A stretch of 64,000 bases of DNA from Candidatus Levyibacteriota bacterium (GTDB lineage: Bacteria > Patescibacteriota > Microgenomatia > Levybacterales > UBA12049), in the NCBI GenBank assembly GCA_016182185.1, contig JACOXU010000001.1, positions 530,915-594,914 of the forward strand, read 5' to 3'. The notes under the pieces are model-generated. The model was not told where the DNA came from, made no database searches, and saw nothing but the letters and a program-made list of their open reading frames with translations. Shown in pieces: positions 1 to 8,329 of the stretch (within the stretch, counting starts at the first letter, position 1; each line of letters opens with the position of its first letter). The translations under genes and the position numbers were made by a program.

Positions 1-248
1 TGGAAGAAGGACTTTTTCCTCACTCAAGGAGCTTAATGGATAAACATCAACTCGAAGAGGAAAGAAGGCTCTGTTATGTAGGGATGACCAGGGCCCGGGA
101 AAAATTATTCCTCACTTATTCTAGGAAAAGATTATTCTTCGGACAAAGAACATCAAATATAATTTCAAGATTTATATTGGAACTTCCGGAAAATATATTA
201 TCTAATAATCTGCATCTTCTTAAGAAAGGAGATGTGGAATATTTATGA
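1..248 (+). CDS. UvrD/PcrA/Rep-family DNA helicase, C-terminal fragment (5' end lies outside window)
   Basis: The frame is open from the window edge: ...EEGLFPHSRSLMDKHQLEEERRLCYVGMTRAREKLFLTY. The EERRLCYVGMTRA motif is the hallmark C-terminal motif of superfamily-1 UvrD-like helicases. The ORF track only reports from the internal Met (36..248). Confidence 0.8.
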   Translation, partial: EEGLFPHSRSLMDKHQLEEERRLCYVGMTRAREKLFLTYSRKRLFFGQRTSNIISRFILELPENILSNNLHLLKKGDVEYL

Positions 249-1228
249 ATGCAAAAGATTTTAATAAGCATGTGAACCACCCTCTACAGGCATGGGAATG
301 GGGAGAGTTTAGAAAAAAAACAGGAATAAAAGTGATTCGGGGAGATAGCTTCCAGCTTACAATTCACAAGATTCCCAAAATGCCTTGGTCAATCGGATAT
401 TTGCCAAAAGGTAATATGCCAGACAAGAAATTAATTGAGGAGCTTAAAAAAATAGGTAAAGAAAATAACTGTATTTTCATTCAACTGGAGCCAAATGTTC
501 CTTCGTCAATGGTCAATAGTAAATGGTCAATGGTAAATCTTATTCCCGCTGCTCATCCGTTATTTACAAAATATACGTTTATCTTAGACTTAAATAAAAA
601 TGAACAAGAGCTGCTGGCTGGTATGCATCAAAAGACTCGCTACAATATAAAAGTTGCCCAAAAACATGGAGTAAAAATTATTGAAGATAATTCAGATAAG
701 GCTTTTAAGGAGTATCTAAAACTTACCCAGGAAACAACCAGAAGGCAAAATTTCTATGCCCATACCCCAAAATATCACAAGCTCATGTGGGAAACTCTGA
801 AAATCGTAAATCATCAATCATCAATCATCAATCGAGACCATCTCGCAGCTCATCTTCTTTTGGCAAAATATAAAAAAGAAATTCTTGCTGCTTGGATTTT
901 ATTTACTTTTAAAGATACTCTTTATTATCCTTACGGCGCATCTAGTGAGAAAAATCGCGAAACCATGGCAAGCAATCTTATCATGTGGGAGACGATAAAA
1001 TTCGGCAAGAAATTAGGACTTAAGCAATTTGATATGTGGGGAGCACTCTCGGAAAATCCGGATCCCAAAGATCCCTGGTATGGGTTTCATAGATTCAAGC
1101 AAGGTTATGGCGGGGAACTTGTAGAATTCATCGGCAACTACGACTTGGTAATAAATCCAGCTCTATACAATCTCTACAAAGTAGCCGACAAAATCAGGTG
1201 GATGGTTTTAAGATTAAAAGTTATCTAA
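245..1228 (+). CDS. FemAB-family (FemX-like) peptidoglycan aminoacyl-transferase
   Basis: 327 aa. The C-terminal block [40 protein letters not shown] aligns with the FemA block [55 protein letters not shown] aligns with the FemA segment QRKRNINKAINYGVKV. The length matches FemX (no coiled-coil insert). Confidence 0.7.
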   Translation: [327 protein letters not shown]

Positions 1229-1586
1229 CGTTAAATCTCTGAACTTCTCCAGGTTTTGCAACCTCATCCATTTTTGTCAAAAGCTCTCTTACCTTTTCCG
1301 CCCGTAGTTCCTCTGGTTGCCCTTTAATAAACCCAGTTAATCCTTGCGCAAATGCTGAGGTAATATTCTCATAGCCTGGATGATCCTCAGTTCCCACTGG
1401 CCAAACACTCCATTTAACTGACTGGTCATGTCTTCGAGCATACGCCAATGCAATTTCTCCAAATTCTTCCCCATATGTCTGTTTAAAATCTTCCTCTTCT
1501 TGTCTTTCTTTTCTGCTTTTTGCAAAAAATTCTTCTAATTCTGGACTGAGCACACGATCTTGTCTTGTCTCTGGTAAACCTTTCAT
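1221..1586 (-). CDS. hypothetical protein (121 aa, acidic, no recognisable domain)
   Basis: Clean ORF convergent with the FemX-like gene (8-nt overlap of stops region). Coding-like composition. No motif recognised. Confidence 0.4.
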   Translation of the reverse strand: MKGLPETRQDRVLSPELEEFFAKSRKERQEEEDFKQTYGEEFGEIALAYARRHDQSVKWSVWPVGTEDHPGYENITSAFAQGLTGFIKGQPEELRAEKVRELLTKMDEVAKPGEVQRFNVR

Positions 1587-1623
1587 AACATCACCTCCTT
1601 TGGGCCTGATTATAAATCTAAAA

Positions 1624-2148
1624 TTAGATTTTGTAAAGAAAGAGATTGTTTTTAATATCTGATTTTTGATATTTAATATTGAATTGGTATCGAAAACTTA
1701 CTATTCTCGTTCCTTTTTTGAGTTCTTTGCGGAATTTTGGCAAAAGTTGATTTAGGGCTTTTGGCACAAGATAAACTACTATCACAGTTGCTTCGGACAA
1801 ATTGCTGTTGAAAAAATTTTCCTGCCTTACTCCAACTACGTCAACCAACCCGTTAAACCAGACTCTAAATTTAGTAATCCAAAAGCGCAAAGGATCAATC
1901 TCAATCCCCACAGCTCTTGCACCGAACTCCTTGGCCGCGGTTATCAGAAAAGTTCCGTCTCCGCACCCCAAATCATAAACAATATCTTTTTTATTAATTT
2001 TTGCCAGTTTACAAATTTCTCTGGCTGTTTGTCTGTTTGTCCTCCACCACGGCGCCCAAGGACTGTCCGGTGGCCAAACCCATGACAGAATAATTAACAG
2101 TATAAAAATCAGAAGAAAAAGAACTAGATTAATAATCAAAAAACTCAC
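1624..2148 (-). CDS. membrane-anchored class I SAM-dependent methyltransferase
   Basis: N-terminal hydrophobic helix followed by VYDLGCGDGTF (SAM-binding motif I) and a Rossmann-like pattern. GTG start (track shows M). Confidence 0.65.
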   Translation of the reverse strand: MSFLIINLVLFLLIFILLIILSWVWPPDSPWAPWWRTNRQTAREICKLAKINKKDIVYDLGCGDGTFLITAAKEFGARAVGIEIDPLRFWITKFRVWFNGLVDVVGVRQENFFNSNLSEATVIVVYLVPKALNQLLPKFRKELKKGTRIVSFRYQFNIKYQKSDIKNNLFLYKI

Positions 2149-2160
2149 AATAATAATTTT

Positions 2161-2243
2161 TAAATCCTAATTTCTAAACAATTTTCCAAATTTCAAATCC
2201 CAAATTTTAGATCAATTAGGTTAATTAGGTCAATTAGAAATTT
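2161..2243. repeat. repeated intergenic element, copy 1 (overlaps the sodX stop codon)
   Basis: The 3' core aaatcccaaattttagatcaattaggttaattaggtcaattagaaatt is about 96 percent identical to 48411..48458. The upstream part shares the ctaatttctaaa / aaatcctaa / caaatcccaa blocks with 48361..48410. It contains the internal triple direct repeat aattaggt. Confidence 0.7.
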
Positions 2244-2520
2244 TAAATATCACTTTCCCAATTATATCTTTCTTATCTACCCATCCGATTTTTTTACTAT
2301 CTAGGCTATCTCTTCTATTATCTCCTCTTAAGAAATATTTATCTCCTTTTTTTTTCATAATTCTTTTAATATAAAATTTATTATTAAATTTGAAAATTAC
2401 CACATCTCTAATCCTTGGCTTGAAAAAAATAAAAGGAAGCGAACTTACCAAAACGCTTTGATTTTCTTTTAAAAGGGTGCCCATGCTGTGGCCTTTTATT
2501 TTAAATTTTGTCAGAAGCAT
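2230..2520 (-). CDS. sodX: nickel-type superoxide dismutase maturation protease SodX (signal peptidase S26 family)
   Basis: 96 aa. KGHSMGTL (Ser nucleophile box) and RGDNRRDSLDS (signal-peptidase box D-like). Sits immediately downstream of and co-oriented with the NiSOD gene, the canonical sodN-sodX arrangement. Confidence 0.8.
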   Translation of the reverse strand: MLLTKFKIKGHSMGTLLKENQSVLVSSLPFIFFKPRIRDVVIFKFNNKFYIKRIMKKKGDKYFLRGDNRRDSLDSKKIGWVDKKDIIGKVIFKISN

Positions 2521-3027
2521 TTATTTATGTGTGACAATTTCACCTTCTGTGGGATAACCTGAGGAAACACGTACGGGTGTTAAATTTTTAGTTTTATAAA
2601 ATATTTCGGCGATCTCCATTACTGTTTCGGTCATTTCTTCGCAGGAAGAAATATCGATAGTTTGTCGTGTTTTTATGGAAAGACTAACTGCTTTTTCCAT
2701 TAGACCCTTAAGCTTGGGAAAACTTCTGAAATGTTCTCCTTTAAAATAATCATTTTCTAAAGTTCCAAGTTCCTCCTCAATCAACTCTCCATGTTTTTCT
2801 TTGACATGAGTTAGCCTTGAAAGCTGGGAAATGATCTTCTTCCTTTCTTCGAAATCCGGCTCATCTTTTGAGGACTTCAAATCATTAAGCATTTGAGTCA
2901 TGCGAAGAACTGTATGGGCCGCCATTTGAGCATTATGCGGATCATAAATCCCACATGGAATATCGCAATGCGCAAATACATCTTGGGTAGGCAATAAATT
3001 TAATATGTAAAAAAAGATTTTTTTCAT
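2521..3027 (-). CDS. sodN: nickel superoxide dismutase precursor SodN
   Basis: A 19-aa leader (MKKIFFYILNLLPTQDVFA) is followed directly by HCDIPCGIYDP, the Ni-hook motif His-Cys-x-x-Pro-Cys-Gly-x-Tyr that becomes the mature N-terminus. Size is 168 aa with helical-bundle-type composition. Confidence 0.9.
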   Translation of the reverse strand: MKKIFFYILNLLPTQDVFAHCDIPCGIYDPHNAQMAAHTVLRMTQMLNDLKSSKDEPDFEERKKIISQLSRLTHVKEKHGELIEEELGTLENDYFKGEHFRSFPKLKGLMEKAVSLSIKTRQTIDISSCEEMTETVMEIAEIFYKTKNLTPVRVSSGYPTEGEIVTHK

Positions 3028-3104
3028 AAAATAATCATCTATATTATATAATACATTTACTTCCTTTTATCAAGTTATGGGAAGTGAAAGTTTTTTGTAA
3101 GAAA

Positions 3105-3407
3105 TTACTTCAAAGATTTATTAAGAACTGAGTTGGCTATTGAGAGAATTATCCCGAAGATAAGAGCCCACCAGAATCCATCGACTCTAAAACCGGGCAC
3201 TGTTTTTGCCGTAAGTTGGATAAGAACTGCATTAATTTCCAGCGTAAATAAACCTAAGGTTAAAAAATTTACAGGAAGAGTAAGGATAACAAGTATAGGT
3301 TTTATAACAGCGTTTATAATACCAAGCGCCAATGCCGCGACGATTGCTGTCATAAAGCTTGCCACATGAACTCCTGGCAAAATATAAGAAACACTTAATA
3401 TAACCAA
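3105..3407 (-). CDS. DUF360 / phage-holin-4-like small membrane protein (YvlD family)
   Basis: 100 aa, 3-4 TM segments. LPGVHV...ALALGIINAVIKPILVILTLPVNFLTLGLFTL...VPGFRVDGFW matches the DUF360/Phage_holin_4_2 consensus. Confidence 0.6.
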   Translation of the reverse strand: MVILSVSYILPGVHVASFMTAIVAALALGIINAVIKPILVILTLPVNFLTLGLFTLEINAVLIQLTAKTVPGFRVDGFWWALIFGIILSIANSVLNKSLK

Positions 3408-3456
3408 GGCGCTAATCAGTCAGCCTATTAGTATACTCATATCTTAAGCTCAGATC

Positions 3457-3666
3457 CTATTTCCCGCCGCAAATCTTACAATCGTTTTTATGGGTAAAAA
3501 CTAAATAAAGAGCCGACAAACCTACTAAAATATAGACTATCTGCTCAAGAGATGGGACTGATCCGAGAAGTGCAGTTACTAAATTGAAATTAAAAAGCCC
3601 TAGCAATCCCCAATTTAAGGCTCCTATAATTACGAGCGTAAAGGATACTATGTGTAATGCTTTCAT
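3457..3666 (-). CDS. DUF378 family membrane protein
   Basis: 69 aa. GALNWGLLGLFNFNLVTALLG...IVYILVGLSALYL is the DUF378 signature. Confidence 0.75.
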   Translation of the reverse strand: MKALHIVSFTLVIIGALNWGLLGLFNFNLVTALLGSVPSLEQIVYILVGLSALYLVFTHKNDCKICGGK

Positions 3667-3749
3667 TACTCACCTCCTTCCTGCTTACTCATATATAGTA
3701 GACACATTTGAGGAAATAAAGCAATAAGAAGAATGACTGAAGCTTTAAT

Positions 3750-4010
3750 TTATTTTTCTTCTTCTCTCTGAACTGTTATGGAGCATTCGGTAATAAGCGC
3801 TGCAATCGCTCCAACTGCGGCAAGGACTGGTGCGATAACCGCTCCGACAACTCCAAAGGTAAGAGGAAATTCTATCAACGCTTTACCCTTTTTATCTTTG
3901 ATAATAATTCTCCTCACATTCCCTTCTTTTATAAGCTCCTTAACTTTTTCAAGCAGTTTTTCGCCTGTTACATGAAATGTTTCTTCTTTTTTCTTAGTAG
4001 TCTTTTTCAT
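3750..4010 (-). CDS. DUF4342 domain protein
   Basis: 86 aa. VTGEKLLEKVKELIKEGNVRRIIIKDKKGKALIEFPLTFGVVGAVIAPVLAAVGAIAALITECSI matches DUF4342 throughout. Confidence 0.7.
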   Translation of the reverse strand: MKKTTKKKEETFHVTGEKLLEKVKELIKEGNVRRIIIKDKKGKALIEFPLTFGVVGAVIAPVLAAVGAIAALITECSITVQREEEK

Positions 4011-4056
4011 ATTTATATTATAACAGATTTAATTTAGTAAATTAAAATGTTAAGTA

Positions 4057-5967
4057 TTAAAAGAAAAGATATCTAGCACGCGTGGAAGTAACTGTGGATT
4101 GAGCTGAGGATTGATTACCGGAAGTATCATAAGCAATAACATTTATTGTGTAAGTAACATCTGATTGTCTCGGCACTTTCCATTGACAACTATACGAAGA
4201 GATTAGATCAGTACATTTTAATCTACCATTTATATAGAACTCGACTTTTTTAATACCTATGTTATCAGAAGCAGAAGCTATAATCGTTATTCTTTTGCCC
4301 CTCTGAATGCTACTACCATTAATTGGGTATGTAATTACAATAGTCGGTTTTATATTATCGATGGGTGTCTGCGTGGGTGTTGGACCGGAAGATGGAACAA
4401 CGCTAGGAATTGGAGTAGGTGTTGGGGTTGGAACTCTAGTTGGTGTTGGAGTAGGAGCCTTAGTTGGAGTTGGAATTGCTGTGGGAACAGAAGTTAAAGT
4501 AGGAAAACCAGTTGTCGGAGAGGGTATAACCGTTACAGCAAATTCGAAAGCGCCAATATCAGGAGCGCTTCCAGAAAAATTATCGTTATAACCTGGCAAA
4601 ACTACGCCCTTATCTATTAAAGGGCTTCCTGTTTGCAGTCTAAAATTAGAATCCCAACCAAAATTTGAAGTACTTATGCCATTTTTTTCTTGATTAGTAC
4701 TCGAGGAAAAATCGGTTATTGAACCGTATGTGGAACCTGCCCACTTGACAAAACGGGTTGTATCGGAGGTACGCAAGGCATCATAGTTAGCAGTACCCGT
4801 CGGAGCTTCTCCGGTTTCAATAACATACCTACTTGCATAAATAGCGTTATTCCTGAAATTCACATTGCTCAACCCTCCACCATTTGTTTGTTTTGCACCG
4901 TCTGCTACTTCACTTCCTGCAAAAAAACTATTGTGATAAACACGAACTTCCCCTACAGAACCATCTCCCATCTTAAACATTGCCGCACCTAATCCAAAAC
5001 GTTCAATTGGTTCGGAAATTACATTTCTGAATATCGTCAGAGGACCCGTAAGTGCGGGAGTAAATGCTATTCCTATCAGGCATCTTTTTATAGAGTTGTA
5101 TCTAACAATATTATTCTGATTTCCTCCTTCTGTCTGGATGCCATCATCGGCGCAATCGCTTATCGTATTATTTTCAATAATAGTATCTTTATTGAAGGAT
5201 CCATAAGCTACATCTTCCGGCTCTCCTCCAATACCATCATAACCACCGGTAATTGTGTTATTGGCAAAATGATGGCTGCCACCGGCAAAAAGAGCTGTAT
5301 TTTTTACCCAAATGCCATTTCCTCCGCCAGGTAAATTACCTGGAATGTCGGCTCTTCTTGTAATAACACTATTTAATACCTTAAGCCTCATGCCGCCTCC
5401 CCAAGATGCGATACCGGCTCTATATTGATCATCAATATCTGCACAATTGTAATCCTGAACGATTACATTATCTACGGTAACATCATTAGCAGTTTCAATT
5501 TTTATTCCTGCTTCATCAGATCTTTTAACTCCTATTCCTTTTATGGTTACCCCTGAAGATGTTACGTATATACCATTGGAATTATTACAGCCTCCATCAA
5601 TCCATACCTGGCCGTCTCCGAAATTTTGTAAAGTTAATGATTTATCAATATTTACCGTTTCATTATAAGTTCCTGTATGAATTGAGATCGTATCTCCATT
5701 TGCAGCCGCACTCACTGCAGATGATATATTTGAAAATCCTCCTGTCCCAACTATAAGAGTATTACCGCCTACAGCTTCGGGGTTAAAAATTTGCGTGTTT
5801 TGTATAAAAAATGGAGAGACAATAACAACAAGTGCAACAATAATTATTAAATATTTTGTTACTTTATCAAGAGATCTAAATGTCTCCCACAAAGACCTTA
5901 GCGGATTTTCCTTTTCTAATTTTTTATCTTGCTCTGAAGACGAATTGACAGTAAGTATTTTCACCAT
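4057..5967 (-). CDS. cell-surface right-handed parallel beta-helix (pectate-lyase fold) protein with PT-rich linker and C-terminal Ig-like domain
   Basis: N-terminal signal anchor. GTGGFSNISSAVSAAANGDTISIHTGTYNETVNIDKSLTL is a typical beta-helix start. Contains NxxG/IxxN-type repeats, a Pro/Thr-rich spacer (PTPTKAPTPTPTRVPTPTPTPIP) and a C-terminal beta-sandwich. Confidence 0.6.
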   Translation of the reverse strand: MVKILTVNSSSEQDKKLEKENPLRSLWETFRSLDKVTKYLIIIVALVVIVSPFFIQNTQIFNPEAVGGNTLIVGTGGFSNISSAVSAAANGDTISIHTGTYNETVNIDKSLTLQNFGDGQVWIDGGCNNSNGIYVTSSGVTIKGIGVKRSDEAGIKIETANDVTVDNVIVQDYNCADIDDQYRAGIASWGGGMRLKVLNSVITRRADIPGNLPGGGNGIWVKNTALFAGGSHHFANNTITGGYDGIGGEPEDVAYGSFNKDTIIENNTISDCADDGIQTEGGNQNNIVRYNSIKRCLIGIAFTPALTGPLTIFRNVISEPIERFGLGAAMFKMGDGSVGEVRVYHNSFFAGSEVADGAKQTNGGGLSNVNFRNNAIYASRYVIETGEAPTGTANYDALRTSDTTRFVKWAGSTYGSITDFSSSTNQEKNGISTSNFGWDSNFRLQTGSPLIDKGVVLPGYNDNFSGSAPDIGAFEFAVTVIPSPTTGFPTLTSVPTAIPTPTKAPTPTPTRVPTPTPTPIPSVVPSSGPTPTQTPIDNIKPTIVITYPINGSSIQRGKRITIIASASDNIGIKKVEFYINGRLKCTDLISSYSCQWKVPRQSDVTYTINVIAYDTSGNQSSAQSTVTSTRARYLFF

Positions 5968-6027
5968 TTGTTATATACTAATACAATATGACTAAAATAA
6001 ACTAATTGTCAAGTTTAGAATTTATTA

Positions 6028-7260
6028 CTAAATTATCTCTTCAATTCTTAATAACTCATTATATTTTGCCAGTCTTTCTCCGCGATCAGGACCGCCGAAT
6101 TTACATTGATCCGCTCCGACTCCAACGGCAAAGTCTGCAATAAAATAATCATTTGTTTCTCCTGCTCGATGAGCAACAATAGTTATTATTCCCGATTCTT
6201 TTGCTAGTTTTACTGCCTCAATTGTCTCAGTTACTGTTCCAATCTGATTAAGCTTTACTATAACACTATTTATAGCTTCCTCATCTATCGCCTTTTTAAT
6301 TCTTTTAATGCTTGTGGTTGTTAAATCATCTCCGACTATTTGATGATCTTCTCCGATTTCCGAAACCAAAGATGACCAATCACCCCATTCATCTTCAGAA
6401 AATGGATCCTCAAGAGACTTTATGGGATATTTTTTTGTCCAGTCAATAATTTTTCTCTTCCATTCATCCTGAAAATATTTTTTTTCATCTTCACTTCTCA
6501 AATAATATGTGTTATTTTGATAAAACTCTGATGCGGCAAAATCAATTGCCAAAGAAAAATCATTTCCAGCCTCATACCCCGCTTTATCAATTGCTTGAAT
6601 AATAAATTCAAAAGCTTCTTCATTGGATTTTAATTCTCTCGGACAAAATCCTCCTTCAAAACCTACTCCGGTTGAATAACCTTTTTCAATAAGAATCTGT
6701 TCAAGGGTTCGAAAAATTGATGCTGATTTATAAAGGATCTCTGCAAAACTTGAATCTGAATCTTTAGGTACTATCATAAACTCCTGGATATCAGTTGCCC
6801 AATTTCCGTGCCTTCCTCCCTCCATAAGAAGCACCAATGGTTTCGGAATTTGAAAGTTACTATTTAAGGAGAGCCTCCCGATGTATTTAAAAAGTTTTTG
6901 TTTCGTTGCATAAGAGGCAGCTCTTGCTGCGGCGAGGGAAACACCAAGAATTGCGTTGGCTCCCAGATGTGATTTATCCTCAGTTCCATCAATCTCGATT
7001 AAATTCTTATCAATTCCCTTCTGATCTTCAACATCCATCCCAATAATTTTTTTTGCTATTTCTCCATTTATATTTTCAATTGCTTTGCCAACTCCTAAAT
7101 CGGGCTCTCTGAGCTCTACTGCTTCATGTTTTCCCGTTGATGCGCCCGATGGAACTGCCGCCCTACCAACAATTCCATTTTCCAAAATTATATCAACTTC
7201 AACTGTGGGAATTCCGCGGGAATCAAGAATCTGGCGGGCTGAGATCTTTATAATTTTCAT
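6028..7260 (-). CDS. eno: enolase (phosphopyruvate hydratase)
   Basis: MKIIKISARQILDSRGIPTVEVD...SGASTGKHEAVELRE. Full-length enolase signature. Confidence 0.95.
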   Translation of the reverse strand: MKIIKISARQILDSRGIPTVEVDIILENGIVGRAAVPSGASTGKHEAVELREPDLGVGKAIENINGEIAKKIIGMDVEDQKGIDKNLIEIDGTEDKSHLGANAILGVSLAAARAASYATKQKLFKYIGRLSLNSNFQIPKPLVLLMEGGRHGNWATDIQEFMIVPKDSDSSFAEILYKSASIFRTLEQILIEKGYSTGVGFEGGFCPRELKSNEEAFEFIIQAIDKAGYEAGNDFSLAIDFAASEFYQNNTYYLRSEDEKKYFQDEWKRKIIDWTKKYPIKSLEDPFSEDEWGDWSSLVSEIGEDHQIVGDDLTTTSIKRIKKAIDEEAINSVIVKLNQIGTVTETIEAVKLAKESGIITIVAHRAGETNDYFIADFAVGVGADQCKFGGPDRGERLAKYNELLRIEEII

Positions 7261-7267
7261 AAAAACA

Positions 7268-8260
7268 CTAAACCGTGTTTATTGCCTTGCCATTTATAAA
7301 ACTTTGAATATTTTCGATTGTTACTTGAATAATTCTTTTAAGCGCCTCCTTACTATTAAAAGCGTTGTGCGGGGTAACAATCACCTTTGGATGCTTGATC
7401 AGAATATGATCATACAGAAGGGTTTTAAAATTTATGTTCTGCTGAGAAGATCTCGTTAAGATGGAGACTTCTTCATGCAGTTCATCTTCTTCCTCCAAGA
7501 CATCAAGACCCACGCCTGATAGAATACCCTGATCAAGACCTAGAAGTATTGCCTCAACATCTATTAAACCGCCTCTTGCAGTATTAATAAGATATGCTCC
7601 TTTCTTAAACTTTGAAATATTGTCTTTGTTAATAATGTGCTTTGTCTCAGTAGTCAAAGGGAGATGAAGAGTAACGACATCTGATTGACCAAGAAGAGTA
7701 TCTAAATCCTTGTATTCAAAATTAAGTCTTTTTGCAAGTTCTTCATCCGGATGACGAGCAAACGAAATTACTTTCATGCCAAAACCCTGAGCGATTCGAA
7801 GAACATGCTGCCCTATCTTTCCAAGACCGATTATTCCAATTGTCTTGTCACATAGATCAATTCCTATAAGTTGTGAGTGGTCGAAGTTAAGCCTTTGAAT
7901 TTGCTCAATAGCTTGAGGAATTTTTCTGGTTAAATTTAAAAGCAGGGCAAAAGTATGCTCTGCCACGGTACTGCTTCCATATTCGGGAACATTTGAGACA
8001 GCGATATTTTTGCTTCTACAGTAATCAAGATCTATATGATCAAATCCCGTCGATCTGGTTACTATTAATTTAAGATTGGGAAGTTTATCTATGATATCTT
8101 TATTGATATTTGATGAGATAAATGTTGAAATGATTTCCATATCAGCAAAAGACCCTGCATTGCCAGAATTAAGCTCGTCTTCAGTAAATACTGCATCTTG
8201 AAGGTTTTTCTGAAGGAGTTCTTTTTCCCATTCGGCAATTTCAAAGATAACCGTTTTCAT
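7268..8260 (-). CDS. D-isomer-specific 2-hydroxyacid dehydrogenase (D-lactate/phosphoglycerate dehydrogenase family)
   Basis: GIIGLGKIGQHVLRIAQGFGMKV is an NAD-binding Rossmann motif. It shows the family-typical catalytic region with the R..H pair and ends ...TPHNAFNS. Co-transcribed directly downstream of eno. Confidence 0.8.
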   Translation of the reverse strand: MKTVIFEIAEWEKELLQKNLQDAVFTEDELNSGNAGSFADMEIISTFISSNINKDIIDKLPNLKLIVTRSTGFDHIDLDYCRSKNIAVSNVPEYGSSTVAEHTFALLLNLTRKIPQAIEQIQRLNFDHSQLIGIDLCDKTIGIIGLGKIGQHVLRIAQGFGMKVISFARHPDEELAKRLNFEYKDLDTLLGQSDVVTLHLPLTTETKHIINKDNISKFKKGAYLINTARGGLIDVEAILLGLDQGILSGVGLDVLEEEDELHEEVSILTRSSQQNINFKTLLYDHILIKHPKVIVTPHNAFNSKEALKRIIQVTIENIQSFINGKAINTV

Positions 8261-8329
8261 ATATAAAATCTTGAGTACTAATTTATTCTAACATAAAATA
8301 AATAAGTGTCGGTATACAAAAAAAAATAA

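Noticed and set aside
1221-1586. Apparent GC elevation of the 121-aa hypothetical gene (and of 27364-28461) as a horizontal-transfer signal
   Set aside because: By eye the difference from neighbours is a few percent at most. It is not convincing without a windowed GC or k-mer calculation.
3133-3369. Plus-strand ORFs at 3133-3369 and 3778-3975
   Set aside because: Each lies entirely inside and antisense to a well-supported membrane-protein gene (DUF360 and DUF4342) and is low-complexity.
4307-4591. Plus-strand ORF encoding GVGVGVGTLVGVGVG repeats
   Set aside because: It is the antisense reading of the Pro/Thr-rich linker (PTPTPT) of the beta-helix protein on the minus strand, so it is a compositional artefact.
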